Below are positions 24,143 to 37,817 of a stretch of DNA of 64,000 nucleotides, one piece after another. Made by a program: the position numbers and the translations under genes. This DNA is from Gordius albopunctatus (lineage: Eukaryota), in contig OZ193909.1 of assembly GCA_964276515.1 (NCBI GenBank), positions 13,764,001 to 13,828,000 on the forward strand. Direction: 5' to 3'. Position 1 is the stretch's first letter, and each line of letters begins with the position of its first letter. The notes under the pieces are model-generated. The model did no database searches and was not told where the DNA came from. It was given only the letters and a program-made list of their open reading frames with translations.

Positions 24143-25557
24143 TTAAAGAGTCTTACTAAATTTTATGCTTCATTCGTATACGGGTATATCAACTATATTA
24201 TACACATAATTATACATGAGCATAGCCAGGGGTCTTACTTAACAACACTATGGTTAAATTTAAAAATATTCTTTTTGTCGCAATTACATTTGTAAAATTT
24301 ATATACAAGTTAAATTTAATTTACATAAATGCGTGGAGCAGACACTATTAAAGCTTATAAACATTTACAATGTAATTTTTAGCTTATAATTCCGAAAACA
24401 AAAATTATAACTCTAGAATAATAAAAAAATTAAAATTTATTTTTTCCCTTAAATTAAATGAGCAAAATTATTATAATTCTTTACAAATGTACAATTTTCA
24501 AGAATTTTGAACTTTGTTCTTTATATTTCATTTGCAAGGTTTAATTTATATGAACGTTGTGTAGATTTTCCTAGAGACATTGGCAATGTTTATGACTTAA
24601 TTATAAGTAATTAAAGTTCTTGAAGACTCTCCTCATATAACCTTAATAAAAAACTATTCATAAATAAAACTACTAGAGATCAGAGGCCCGTAAACTAACT
24701 TTTTCAACCCTTACCCTATAAATAACTCTGGAAAAGTCAGTTTAACAAGTTAAAAATGTCTATTTTTACTATTAAAGGGACTGGTTTTAGTCCTAAAGGG
24801 AGACAGCCACCAAAGGTGAAATCTTGTAATGATTTCTAATTTAAAATTTTATTATTATAATAGATATTTATTAACAAGCTTAACCTTAAATAAGTTAATC
24901 CACTATACTACTCGTACTTATTCACCTCTATAATATTGAGCCAACTTATTTCTTAAATAATAAAAGACTGATAGTTAGCGATAACATAACATAAAAGGGT
25001 ATGAAAACAAACAAATGTTGTCTTCAATTTACTGAATCACGCTCTCAACACAAAATTAGACCCCTTAAGAATTAATTGAAAAACTAAAAACTTTGCTAAA
25101 TGGGCTCTCTGATATTTAATCTTTTAATTTTTATCGCCTTTCAAGAAATTATGTATCAAAATGTGCATTAGATGTCGTAATAAATTTTATTAAAAATACA
25201 TATATAATCAAATAAATTTTAACAAAAGAAGATATGATATTTGGTCTAGTATGTATATATTAGCGAAAACGACCATGGGATAAAAACATATCCATATCAC
25301 ACCTTGCTTAGGGAAGGGAATAGATAATATTGCATACGTATTGCGGGTAAGATATTTTACTTCGCTAAAAAAAGATTAAAAAGACGGGCGATCGTGAGAT
25401 ATAGTGATTACATGTAACGAAGTCTGTGCCGTGTTTTGATTAACAAATGAGATTTTTTGGGCATTATCTAAAAATGTGTGTGGTAAAAGTAGAATCGAAT
25501 TATTCCGAAAGAGATTCTTTTGCAAGAAAAGGAAATAAAAAAGTTTGCAGCACCAAT

Positions 25558-28500
25558 TTAGAGTTCCCTGTGCAATTTGCTATCTTCGTTGAGTCCCAAA
25601 TCCGCAGGTAAATTAATTCCATTTTCATCTACTACGGATGATGTCTTAACGGGGAACGCGGTTATAACCGGGGAATCCTCGGTGTCGGAGATGTAACCCT
25701 TGTCGCCCGTATAATGCGTCGGGTAAACCAAAAGGGGATAAGCCGAAAATGCCACTAAATCTCGGTGTGGAAAGTATTTCTTCCAATCTTCCCTACAAGA
25801 AAATAAGAAAAAATTATAAACTGAATTACAAACATTTTAGATGGGCACAATTGAATCAAATTAATAAGCAATCACTCTCCATCCTTAAACGTGATTAACA
25901 AATGTGTTTAAAAGTCCTCTTTATTTATAAATGAGGAAAACTAAATGTTAACTTTTCAAACGCAAACTTTAAACCTAATAACTAAAATAATTAAAAATGG
26001 ATTTCAAGCTCAAATAGATTTTTTTAAAATGTGTTTATAAATATAATAAAAAAGTATATTGGCCATTATAAAGGGTCATTTTATCAATGAAAAGACCTTA
26101 TCATTTTTATGACGCCAAAAACTTGAAATTTGTAATCATTGCTTAGAAATAACACTTATTATTCCGAAACAAAAAATGCACCATAAATTTCCATATAAAT
26201 CCCTGAAAATTAATTTTTTTTCATCAAACCCTAAAAAATATCCAATAATCAATAAAAAGAATAATATTGGCTAAACAATCATATAAGTACATTATTTTAT
26301 CAAAACCCGTGTATTTTACACTAAGCAACCCCCCATTTACATACTCTCATAAAATCGGAGCATAAAAAGGGTCATAATTTAGTTGGTGTTTACTCGGGAT
26401 GGACATCAAACATGAGGGGGAAGTATTCGTCCACAGGGATCATTTTAGTGAGGGGCTCGGCTTCAATCAGCTTTTTGGCACCGGATTTGGAGAGGGCGTA
26501 CGAGATGGTCCAATACGAATATTCGGGCCACACTATGACATCGCTGTCTCGCACGTATTTCTCTTTTTCAGGCGGCACCAAACGTTTCCTCCCCAAATAA
26601 CTTCATTTCGACGTTCAAATCACAAATACGATAGTGTTATTTAAATTTGTAAAATTTTATTATTAATATATCGATTCTTGTCTTGATGGCGCATTTTCCA
26701 TCTTATTTGGAAAAATGTGATAAATTATTATTTTGGGAAACCTAATCATTATAAATAAAGTAATGTTGTAAAAAAGACGTCTGCGTTTTGTTTGGCCAAC
26801 CCTTGGTTTAACTAAGACCCTACGGTCAACCCTGGTCTGTTTTTCAAATTTCGACTAAGCCTAGAGGTCGGCTAAGAAAAACACGGCAAAAAATTCTTGG
26901 GGTGTCAAACGAAACCCCAGCCCCGTTTTTACGAGACTATTATAAAGATTAATAATTCCAGGTTTGTTAGTGACGTAACAACGGGGATTAATAATATAAA
27001 TTAAAGGTCTAGCTATCTCCTTTATTGAAAATGCGTTACAAATTATTGTAATCTATACACGAATCGCCAATTAAAAGAGATAGGTAATTACCGACTGAAA
27101 AACAAATTTATAATTAAAAATAAATTAGAAAATATTCATTAAATCTTTAACATTTAAACTGCTTTTATTTATATTTTAAACTGCGATACAGAGATATTAA
27201 AAGGTCTTTAACATGTATATTAATAGTTCAGACACGTCTTTTAAACGTATTAAATAGTTAATGTGTGTTCTCGGGAGGTAGTGTTAAAATTAAGCATCCT
27301 TACATAAGGTCCCAATTGAGATTCAGCCTGCCAGGTTCGCGAATCATGGTAGCAACTTTGCGACGAAAATCCTTTTCGAAACGGATATCGTCCTCAAAAA
27401 CCAATATTTTTTCGTAATCATTCGCCAGTACCTATCGAGTCAAAATAAAAACAAATGCGTTGAAACTTTAGTTTCGAAACAACGCATAAATTGCATAGCA
27501 ATTAAAAAAATATCAACGCAGCTAAATAATTAACCCTATAAATCTGACTAATTGATGCCAACCACTTTTTAAATGCATAATTTTTCTTATAAAATATAGT
27601 GTTACCGCTGTTTTAAGCTCACATAAATGTGCCCAAAACCGTTTTATTAGGAGAGATAAAATACTTCAACCCTCACTTAAAAATTTAATGCACCTCATAA
27701 ATCTTTATTGCACACATTAAGCCAAATGAAGTTTAGCTTATATTGAAATCGCTACTAAAACACAGACGGTCATAGCATTAAAAGTTTATATGAAACCTCT
27801 TTCCAAATTTGGTAATGGCTCAGAAAGCAGCCCACTTCACCCATGGTCAGGCCACGTTTGTGATAGGGATCACGATATTCCGGTAACATGCTGATGTTTT
27901 GTGACCGCAAATACGATTCGTTAAGCTTACTAAAAACATACATAATTTGTAAATTTTTATCAAAAGTTTTACAAGTAAAAGTAAATTTTAAATCTTTCAA
28001 AACATAAAAAATAGCTCGAAAAACTCAGTTAACGTGTATAGAATTTCTTGCACAACCGAGATTAAAAATCGTCTGCTTTAGTCATTAGTATAAATCAATT
28101 GTTCGAAATTAAAGTTAAATATTACTTTCCATCGATACCGGGCACATATTTTACGTTCAATCGCAATTCGTCAAAACAAATTTCCATCCGCTTCTTTCTA
28201 TCAGCTCGTTTCTCCAAATTTATCATATACACCTATGTAGAAATAAAAAGATGTATTACTCATGGTTCAATGCTAATGGTAATAATTTTGTAATCCGAAA
28301 ATGCTACTTAAATTGCTTAAAGTAAAATCAAACACTTTAAGCGTTCACCTAGAGATTACAATTTTTTTTATAAGTTTCAACAAATTTGAAATTTGAAAAG
28401 TTCGATATATATATAACTTAGGTCTATTTGAGATAAATATCATTTTAAATTTGTGATAAATACCTTATCGAAACCCAAGTTATCCTTCGGGGGTAATTTG

Positions 28501-31500
28501 GGCATACTGACGTGTTTGGAATACCTTAATCCTTCAAATCCTCGTGCTACGTAGTGTAAAAAATTCGATACATTTAGATCCAATTGCTACTCCTCGAACT
28601 TTAAAATAATTTTTTTATGTAAAAAGCAAGATAAATAATTTGGGAAAAAACAAGGCTAAAGATTAGTTTACACAAGATATCCATCTTCAATTCTAGCATG
28701 TATTTTTGAACGTCTTCCAAACTAGATTCGGTTGGTATAGGTTCCAAAAGATGTCCAAATGTTTCGTTATTACAAACGTGCATGTCTAAGCCTATGGTAA
28801 AAATAAATACAACTACCATGGAAACCATTTCACTTTAATCGCATTCGCAAAGATAATATCGAATTTATTAAAAATTAAATACAATTAAGATTCCGGTATT
28901 AATTTGATTGCACTATTAGTTTCCATATTTTTCAACATTTTTAAATTCATTTCAACCAAATAATTAAACCATAATTAGTTTTTTTAGATTTGAATTATCA
29001 AAAAAAGGGTTTAAAGACTTTAATTCATAGATCTGATAATGACGTAGCCTTGAGAACAAAGATTTTAATTGATTGGGTCATGAAGTACTTTAAAAATGCT
29101 AAAGTGTATTTGCTTTCTTTGTAAAAGATTAAAAGAGTTATACGCTCGAAACTTCATAAATTAGAAAGAGCAACTATTAAATGTTAAGCATAAGCATCTC
29201 GCACGAGGTCAAAACACCATTTTCTCAATTGAAACCTTGCTAACAGATAGTAATAATGCTTATAATTAAAAAAGTGCTGGCAAAAAATCAAAGAAACACG
29301 AACCAGCGTATTGGGCAGATTTGGCAAAAACTATGATATCGTCCTTGCTGAGATTGTAGCCGGGGATTTTTTTGGGGTCAAATGTTAGGGCGGCTAGGGC
29401 AGAGGCGTTGGCCGCTCTTAAATTGATCAAAACGGTCGAATGTATCATGGGTACTTTGAAACAGCCTCGGACCTCTTGCGTTACCATGGGCATGTAATCG
29501 TCCGTCCTCTGGTAATAACCCTGAAATGCGCAAAATAGGCTTAAAATTTGGCTTAATTTAAGTGTGCCTCCACATAATTTTATGCCTCATTATATTTGTT
29601 TCTAACCGCGAAGACCTTGAGGATTTACAAAATTGTTGTGATTTTAATCCCATCAATTGTTGTATTTGTGCATATATAAATTAGAAATATAGTGTCCCAA
29701 ATGTTTTATACAATTAACATTTTTAATTATTGCCTTTAAATTATATTAAAAATTGATCGTTTATTAATGTAAACAAAAAGCCGAATTTGTACACAAGGCA
29801 GGATTTTAATTATCTTTTTGTCATTCTCACGCCCAGGCCCATCAATATCTTATAATATATTTTCTTGCAATAAAAGTAAAAAGTTAGTTCTAAATTCATT
29901 AGCTGGGGTTTAAAACAAAAATCCTTAATTCTTTATTATTAAAGACTAAGTTCACCAATGCAATGGCATTTAAAATCAATAAAGAATTACCGAGTAACCA
30001 CAAATTCTAGACCAAAGTGACTGTAAAATTTCAATGGTTTAAATATAATCTAAGCACTGCCACTTGGTTAGACAAGCCGTACAAAATGGTCAACAACATA
30101 AGGCTAAACAATATTGCGAGGATATGTAAGATCGGTATGGCGAGAAGAAATAATCCATCAGAAGCAGGACATTTAATCAAAGTACCTCATCGGTGAGGGC
30201 GCACCAAAAGTTGGAGTAATGTCCGGACGTGAGCATAGGAGCGACTAGAGTTCTTTAAAAAAATACAAACACGTTGTTTAGATTTAATAAGATATATAAT
30301 CAAAACCATCAAAGTATATAAATAACGTGAAAATACATTATTTTGAAGACTCGATGAAATCGGGCTATCTAGTTTTGCATAAATAACGCTTTTAAGGTGA
30401 AAAGGACATTACTCTGTTTGAAACAAGATTACATGGCAACTCATCATTTTTACTGCAGCCTAATTAAAATTAATCAATAAACCACAGATTTTTGAACTTT
30501 TCACAATAACGCTTCGCTAAAATCGGTTTCAATGAGTTTTTATCCTCTAAAACCAATATATAGTTGCAGGCAATATATGCGAATGTGTACTCAAATGATT
30601 TTTGCATTTATAAAACGTGCCCGTCTAATTTTAGGGGTAGGCAAAGAAGTGTGGCAAACGCCGTTTGAAAGAGGTGGACTATTAATGGATCAAAACCAAA
30701 CTCATAATGATGTACCACCAATGTGGGTCAAAAAGTCGTCGCAAATAAAATCGTCTCAAAATTCTAAATTTATCTTATAGTAGGCCATATTTTATTTAGC
30801 TAAAACCTGGCCTAAATTCTGCTATTTTATTTGAACGAACTCCAACAAGGTATTTATATTTAGTATATTAATTAATAACTTTTAAATAGGCGAGCTAAAA
30901 ATTTAGTTTTAACATTATACATACTGCGAATTAAAGGTTTGCTCCACATAATCAAATGAACTCTCATTATTTCATAGTGGGTGCCAAAAAGAATTTAAAA
31001 ACCAATAGAATCAAACGTTGATTGCCCATGGGCTTAGTCAGCCGAATAAATTAAAATAATTTTAAAAATTTGCCACTTCAAATAAATGCTAAAACTTCGC
31101 GAAAGGTTTTTAATTTGAAATAATTAGGTGAATTCGCCCATAGTTTTTTAATCGTATTTTTGATGTGTCCACAAGTTGTAAGTGGCTGAAGACACGAATT
31201 TTACAAATAAATTCAATATTAGTGACTTTGATAAAAATCGAGAAACAAATAAGATATCGCTCATTTCATTAATATTTTAATAAGAGCTGGTTCCGACTAA
31301 TTTCGACAAACGACTAGATATTGCGTATAATAAATGTACTTGTTGGTTTTAATCAAAAAATTCAACGTTTCGGGATTGGTCAGGAAATTGTCCATATCTA
31401 AAAACTATGGATAAAATGTATAAACAAATTATAACAACACATTTTTTGTGTATAATATTTTTACATTTTGTAATGATTAAATTTTTCATTTTTTTGAAAC

Positions 31501-34500
31501 ATCAAGTAAAATGTTGATTTCACGCTAAATATAATTGCTAAATTTATTTTAGCAAATAGCAATAGGATTATAATTCATAGAGGTTAGACCAATTTTCACA
31601 ATTTATACTTTAAATTGTTTAATTTTACAGCATTAAAGTTCTAATCCTCGCGAATAAAAACAACATTTAAATAATATACAACCGTTTAAATTGCCATTTC
31701 ACCATCAAAAAAATACCGCAACAAATTTTCCCAATATCAGCCAGCACACGCAAAAGTAAGTATACTGCTACTGCTTATGCAAGGGGCGGCGGGGGCCAGG
31801 GCTTTTAAAAGACTTTCCTTAATGCGGGGGGGGGGGATTCACAATAAAAGAGTGAAACATCCGGTTTTTCTGCCTTATGGCATCCAACACATGCCGTGAT
31901 GATCTAGCAAACACACCGGAGAGAAGACTTATGGAAAGATGGGGGAGGGGTAAAATAAAGAAAGCCAAAAACGTAATTTTTCCAACTTTTAACAATGTAA
32001 TTCAACGAAGTATGGAAGAATAATTGGGTTTAGTTGTTGTTTTCACTTTCTTATGCCAGCATGATGTGTAAAAGAACCTTGGGCCAGAAACCAATTTTTA
32101 TGCTAGAAGATTAGGTACTTCAATGTGTGCTGCTTTTTGTTCATGACATGAACCACTCATTGATTAAGGTTAGGCCCGGGAAACTCATCATTTCAATTTC
32201 AAACAAGAAGCCTTACATATAGAGTTCGGGTGAAATGGAAGAGGTGCTTGAAAAGTTTAAAGCTATGATAGCAAAACAGGGTCAATTTTACGAAATTTGC
32301 GTTTATTAATGGTGGTCTGGATCGATGAAGAAGTGGGAGGAAAAGCGTTCCGATATTTCGATCTTCTTGCGGGACCACGGGACCATTATCAAGGGGAAAA
32401 AGGTGCTGATTTTATTATTGATAAATAGCGAATTTTGTTATACCTTTATGGACACTTAAATATTTGGGTGTCATTTGATTTTATCAAAAAAAGTTAACCG
32501 TTCACTAACTTACAATTTACATAAAAAAATTGTAGCTTTTAGAATACGATGATTGGTAACAAAATATACGAAAAAAGGATGTTTTTTATGTTATTTTCTC
32601 TTTTAAGCTATAAAAACGACAACTATACATAAAAATTTAATTTCGGGCTTCACAAATGTAAGCAAAGTGTAGGAATTCTGTAAGGATATAAGGAAAACCA
32701 ACAATAATCAGAAGTTAAATCCTAACTTATTACCACACATCTTAACAACCAAAATAAGGTCTACTGAATTAGACGCATCCAATCCCTTTAAAATTGTTCT
32801 GTTGGCGATAAAATGAGTTATCTCATCTGCTGCATTAATTTCCTAATTTGTGCCTGCTATTAGAAACAGGGCTCTCTGAAGATCGAGCGAGATAAGGAAA
32901 ACTGACTACAACAAGCTATCACATCAGATAATTCCAACGAATAACAACTCATGTTCTACTCCTTCATAGATGGCTTAGGTGAAGGGGAAAAAGTTTTTAT
33001 TAATTAAATTAGAAATAATCTACTAACCACCACACCAATATTCAGGTAATTTTAGGCGAGATAAGGAGGTGAGCATGCTGTAATTACGTTAGAAAATTTA
33101 TAAATTCAAATTTACACCAGGGTAGAAGGTCACTTTAAAAACCGTTACAAATGCGGAAAACACATTATTGAGAACCAACCAGCTTTTTTAGCCGAAAAAG
33201 GGCTGCAAGAAGAAAATTAAACAAATGTGGTGGTTAGTTTGTGTGAGAAGGGAAAACCAGCCCAGCAGGGAGGTGGGGATGGGGGGGGGGGGTAGGCGTG
33301 TTTAGTAGATGTAAATGGAGAAAGTTGAAGAGGGGTAAGATTTAATTAATATCTTCCCACCAAGCTGTGTGAGTTGTAAAGACTGGTACTTTGATATTGC
33401 TTGAGAATACTGCCTGCACTGCCCAAACTCGTACATTTGATTAAACCACCTTTTCATTCCCCACAACTTTTACTTACTCTACAGAGCTGGGGATTCAATG
33501 TCATACAAATGGGTAAAACGTTTGTCTATGAAAGACGTGGGCGTAGCCAAAGGGAGGCAGGAATGGACGGCTAACTCCCCCCCCCTAAATCCAAAAATTC
33601 TTTAAAATTTAATATAATTATTTTGGCTAAAACTAGGAAAGATAATCATTTTGCCCCCCCCCCCAAAAAATCACTATTTCCCCCCCCCCTCTAATTTCAG
33701 TCCAGCCTAGGCCTCTGCCTAAATTTTAAATATTTATCATATAACAGCACATACTCAAGAAGTTAAATGCTCTTTAAAATGAACCAACTTTAGAAAGAAC
33801 ACCAATTTGTAATAAAGGTTTGGCTAGGGGGTAGGGAGGGGTACAGGCGCATTTTCTGCCCCCTTGACCAAAATCTGAATTTTTTTGAAGGTCCATGTCC
33901 TTTTTTAAGGTATAAAATCGATAGGAAATGCTCTGATTAATGAAGAGAGGAAATTTTTCCAAAGCTAGTTATATAGCGCCTTGAAGTTTCGCATATATTG
34001 TAAGCTAAGTTTACTTTTGTTATATTATAAAAATAAAAAAGTCGAAATTTTTTTGAATTTTTCTTCCTCCTTGAGAAAATCCTGGCTACGCGCCTGGAGG
34101 GGTATTATTCTCCTCACTTTAATCTAATTTCTTGAAAAATATTAGACAAAACTAATTTTAAAAGCATAATTTTTTTTATTAATCGTATCGGACACCCTCT
34201 AATCCAATTGCTAACGCATATGTAACCAATGAGGAAATACGAATTATGAAATTTCGGACTTTTCTTTTAAGCTCCCCCAAAAATGGGGATAACTATTATT
34301 TTGCAACTAATAAGCTTTTATAGTAATTTAATTTGCTTTAGGGCGGCCGGCTAGGTAAGTAAATTTGTACAAAAAAAGAGCTGCTTTTCCAGAACAAGAA
34401 TTGTTGCCTTTCTTTCACGTTTTATCAAAAAAAAACTTCTTACAAAATCATAAGAGGCTGATGGCAGGAGGGGAAGGAGTATAGAAACCGATATAAACAT

Positions 34501-36259
34501 TGTGACAGGGAGATTATAGCGGCTGTTGAAAACACCCTTTTCTACTTTTCACATTCAATACTTACCCACAACGCATATAACGCATAAAAAAACTGAGTTG
34601 CCGAGGAAAATGAAAGAACCATATTGTAATTTAAAAGATAATATGTTCGATTTTCACTAAAAATATGCATAAATAGGCTAGATTTAAAGCATTAGGATTA
34701 GGAGAAATATAAAAATCACGATTAACGTGAGCATAAAATACTTTTCGGCACAAGATGAATTTTGAGACATCGATTGCCTACATAAAACGTCAAGTTTTCC
34801 TCACATACAAGGAGGATTTACTCCGTTCGATGATAATAATGCCATTTAAACTATTACCCCAAATGGAGCAGTTTAAGATAAAATTGTTGGGTGTAGCCAA
34901 GGGGGATTGGCGGCTGCCCCTTCTAACTCCAAAATTTTTTTAAAATTTATTGCTACAATTTCAAAAAATTATGATCTTGCCCCTCGCTAAACCATTATTG
35001 CTCCCTCTAATTCCAATGCTAGCTACGCCCATACCTACTGCCCCATCGAAATCCAAAAATTCTTAAAGTCTTTATTAAAATTATGGCTCAAATATCAAAA
35101 GATTTTTGTTTTGTCCCTCCCTAAAGCATAAATGCCCACCCTCATTTGTAATGGATCTTTAAAGAAAGGTATTTCCCAACAATTGACAAATTGATGGTAA
35201 ATGGTAAAAATTTTTAACATAAAACGTGTGTTTTAATAAGTGAGCTAATTTAAAAAGGGGATAAAGTCAATTTTACAGTTGGTGACAAAATGGAATGAGT
35301 TTTTATTTGCTTACTTAATACCCTTTTCCTGTAAAAAGGATTCTATGAAAATAGATGGTATTTAAATAGACTTATCAATAGGAAACATAGGCTGTGTTAT
35401 GCAGACCTTTTCTATATATAATTTTATTGGTATTTAGGTCAGTAGGGATGGATTAGACATCTGCTATTATATCCAATACAAGCCCCCCAAAAATATTTTA
35501 AGACAGAAGGTCCCAAATCAAGAAATGATGAGACTTAATTATTTTATCAAACCAATATGAGGATTACAAAAACAAGAAAAATATTCACAATTAATGATAC
35601 ATAAAATTATTAAAAATTAAAAAAAAACTTTAAATACCATAAATTATAATACAATTTTAGCAAACATTTTAAGTAGTATTGCTTATTTTTTTAATTAATT
35701 AAGTAATTTAAAAAAAGTATATTAATCAAGGAGCTAAATTGATAAATTTATGATAGATCTATATAAACTTTTATTTAAATTTTCAAACATTGTTTACCAA
35801 AAGATAATCCATTTCTGAATCAATGGCATCTTCTAAAACTTGATTCTTCAGTTTAATCAAATGTGAGTATCGAGATTCTGGCCAATCATAAGGTCCTTTT
35901 TCCTCAGCATATTTTTTTGGTAAATCTTTGTACAAATGGAATAAAAATTAATTAAATTTACCCATGTAAGCAGCCTCAATATGTCCATATTTGCCCTTCA
36001 TATTACCAATCCATTCTTTAACCATCTGTGTGGTATTATCCTCATTGTGATCACTTGTAATCCTAGATCAATATAAATATGGGGTGTATAAAATGTACCA
36101 TAATGTTATATTCTCTTTAGGATAATTTAAATTTTCTAAGTAATAAAAAAAATTTGGTAAAACATATTCTTTATTTCGAGCGAAAAGTGCAATAGCAACT
36201 TTTTGGCTAAAAATTAAACGTGTATTAGATAGTAAAAATAAAGTTGATAAAAAACGCAT
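25558..36259 (-). CDS. COLGALT1: procollagen galactosyltransferase / glycosyltransferase family 25 member; 13 exons: (36259?)-36099, 36062-35962, 35925-35798, 31404-31340, 30252-30186, 29520-29304, 28791-28672, 28546-28464, 28232-28126, 27929-27797, 27431-27304, 26600-26394, 25792-25558
   Basis: All junctions GT-AG and phase-compatible. Motifs [99 protein letters not shown] and C-terminal ER-retention HREL. Start codon uncertain (36259, 36295, 36331 or an upstream exon). Confidence 0.92.
32700..33470 (-). mobile_element. possible highly decayed CR1/L2-type LINE fragment in COLGALT intron 3
   Basis: Minus frame [19 protein letters not shown] resembles the pre-RT segment of CR1/L2 ORF2; weak. 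Confidence 0.3.
33537..35145. mobile_element. cluster of GC-rich MITEs (~33537-33718, ~33820-34096, ~34886-35032, partial repeat to ~35145)
   Basis: GGGCGTAGCCA / GCTACGCCCAT termini and shared internal core. Confidence 0.7.
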
Positions 36260-37817
36260 GTTTGAAATTTTGAAAACAGATGGTAATTTATACATTTTTA
36301 ATGCACAAGGGAAAAAGATCTCATAGCACATATTATATCAAAGTAATATAAGGGTGATGAATTTATATAGATATAAACACCAGTTCAAGCCTTAATATAA
36401 TAGCTCATTGACAACTTTATATATTTTATATATTGGACTTTAATTTATATATTATATAAAAATTTATCTGGTGTAGACAAATTATAAAATTTATTCAAAC
36501 GATATAATGAATTATGTCGCAAGAAGCAGCAAAAAAGTAGTGATTAAAACTAAGTGATAAGGAATTATAAATTAAGCACTGATTCATTTAGTGTGACTGA
36601 AGAGTATGAATTAGTATGTAAATCTCACTTCTATATGTCGTTGCAGAATTTCTTAGATTCAAACTTAATTAATGCTACAAAAACAGTTTTAAAAATTATT
36701 AAAATTTATAGTTCAAGGGAAAATATAGATATGCAAAAGAATGTGTAGGAGCTTGTATATAAAATTATTTTGTAATAATGATCGAAATGTTGGACCAAAA
36801 AATGACATAGTATTTTAATTACTGTATATCCATTTATTTAATTTAATAATGTTAGGTCAATATATTACATAAAAAATTAAAGAATACAACAAAATAAATT
36901 ATTATAATAATTTCTTGTATAAAGTAACTAAATATAATGTCAAACAATATTAATTGATTTCATCACGATCTTTTGAGTTCTATGTTATACTCAAATTTGA
37001 ATCATCTTGCCGTTGGGAGCTTTTTACATCAAGCCGGCTGCTGGCGTTATTATTCCTTTGCCATAAACCTCTTGAAAATAACAGCTCTACATATATATTT
37101 TTCAAATTTAAAAATAATAACGTGGTAACGGCTATATTATAAATAATCTTGCTAAATGTTAATCTTAACTCAATGTTGTCAACAAATCTTTTAATATGAT
37201 TTTATAACTATAATTGTAACCCATTTATTTTTTGCGATTATTTTCGATAACTTAGTGAATCGTTAGTTTAAATTTTTCTAAAGTTATAAAATATGTTCGA
37301 TTAAAAACCTTTTTTAAATATAAATTTTTAATAAGTTTTGTAAAATGAGATTTTCTACATTCTGACTAATAAGGAATATTTCAGCAAATAATCTTGATTG
37401 CTTTCATGAAACGCACACCTTTGCCACTCCTTTTGTAAAATACCTTTATTTTCATAAGGTTTATGTGTCAAGCTTAAAATTCTTTGCTAAGGTCTTTTTT
37501 TTATTAAATATATAATACCATTCGGGACCAATGAGATAAAATAAAAATCGAATAAAGATTTTATTGGTTTAAAATTCCGTTTACAGGAGTTTAAGGATAT
37601 TAAAAAGCGATCACATTAAATTAAGAGATGAAAAGTTTTAAGATATTTTTTCGATAAAGATTTGATTCGAGCTATGCACGAGCCTCCCTATAAAAAAGCA
37701 ATTCTAGCTAAGAAATCATTCAAAATAATTTCTCTTGACTAGATTAATATTAATCTGCATGGGCGTAGCTAGGGGGCTGCAGGGAGGGTCGGCTGCCTCT
37801 CTCTAAATTGAAAAATT

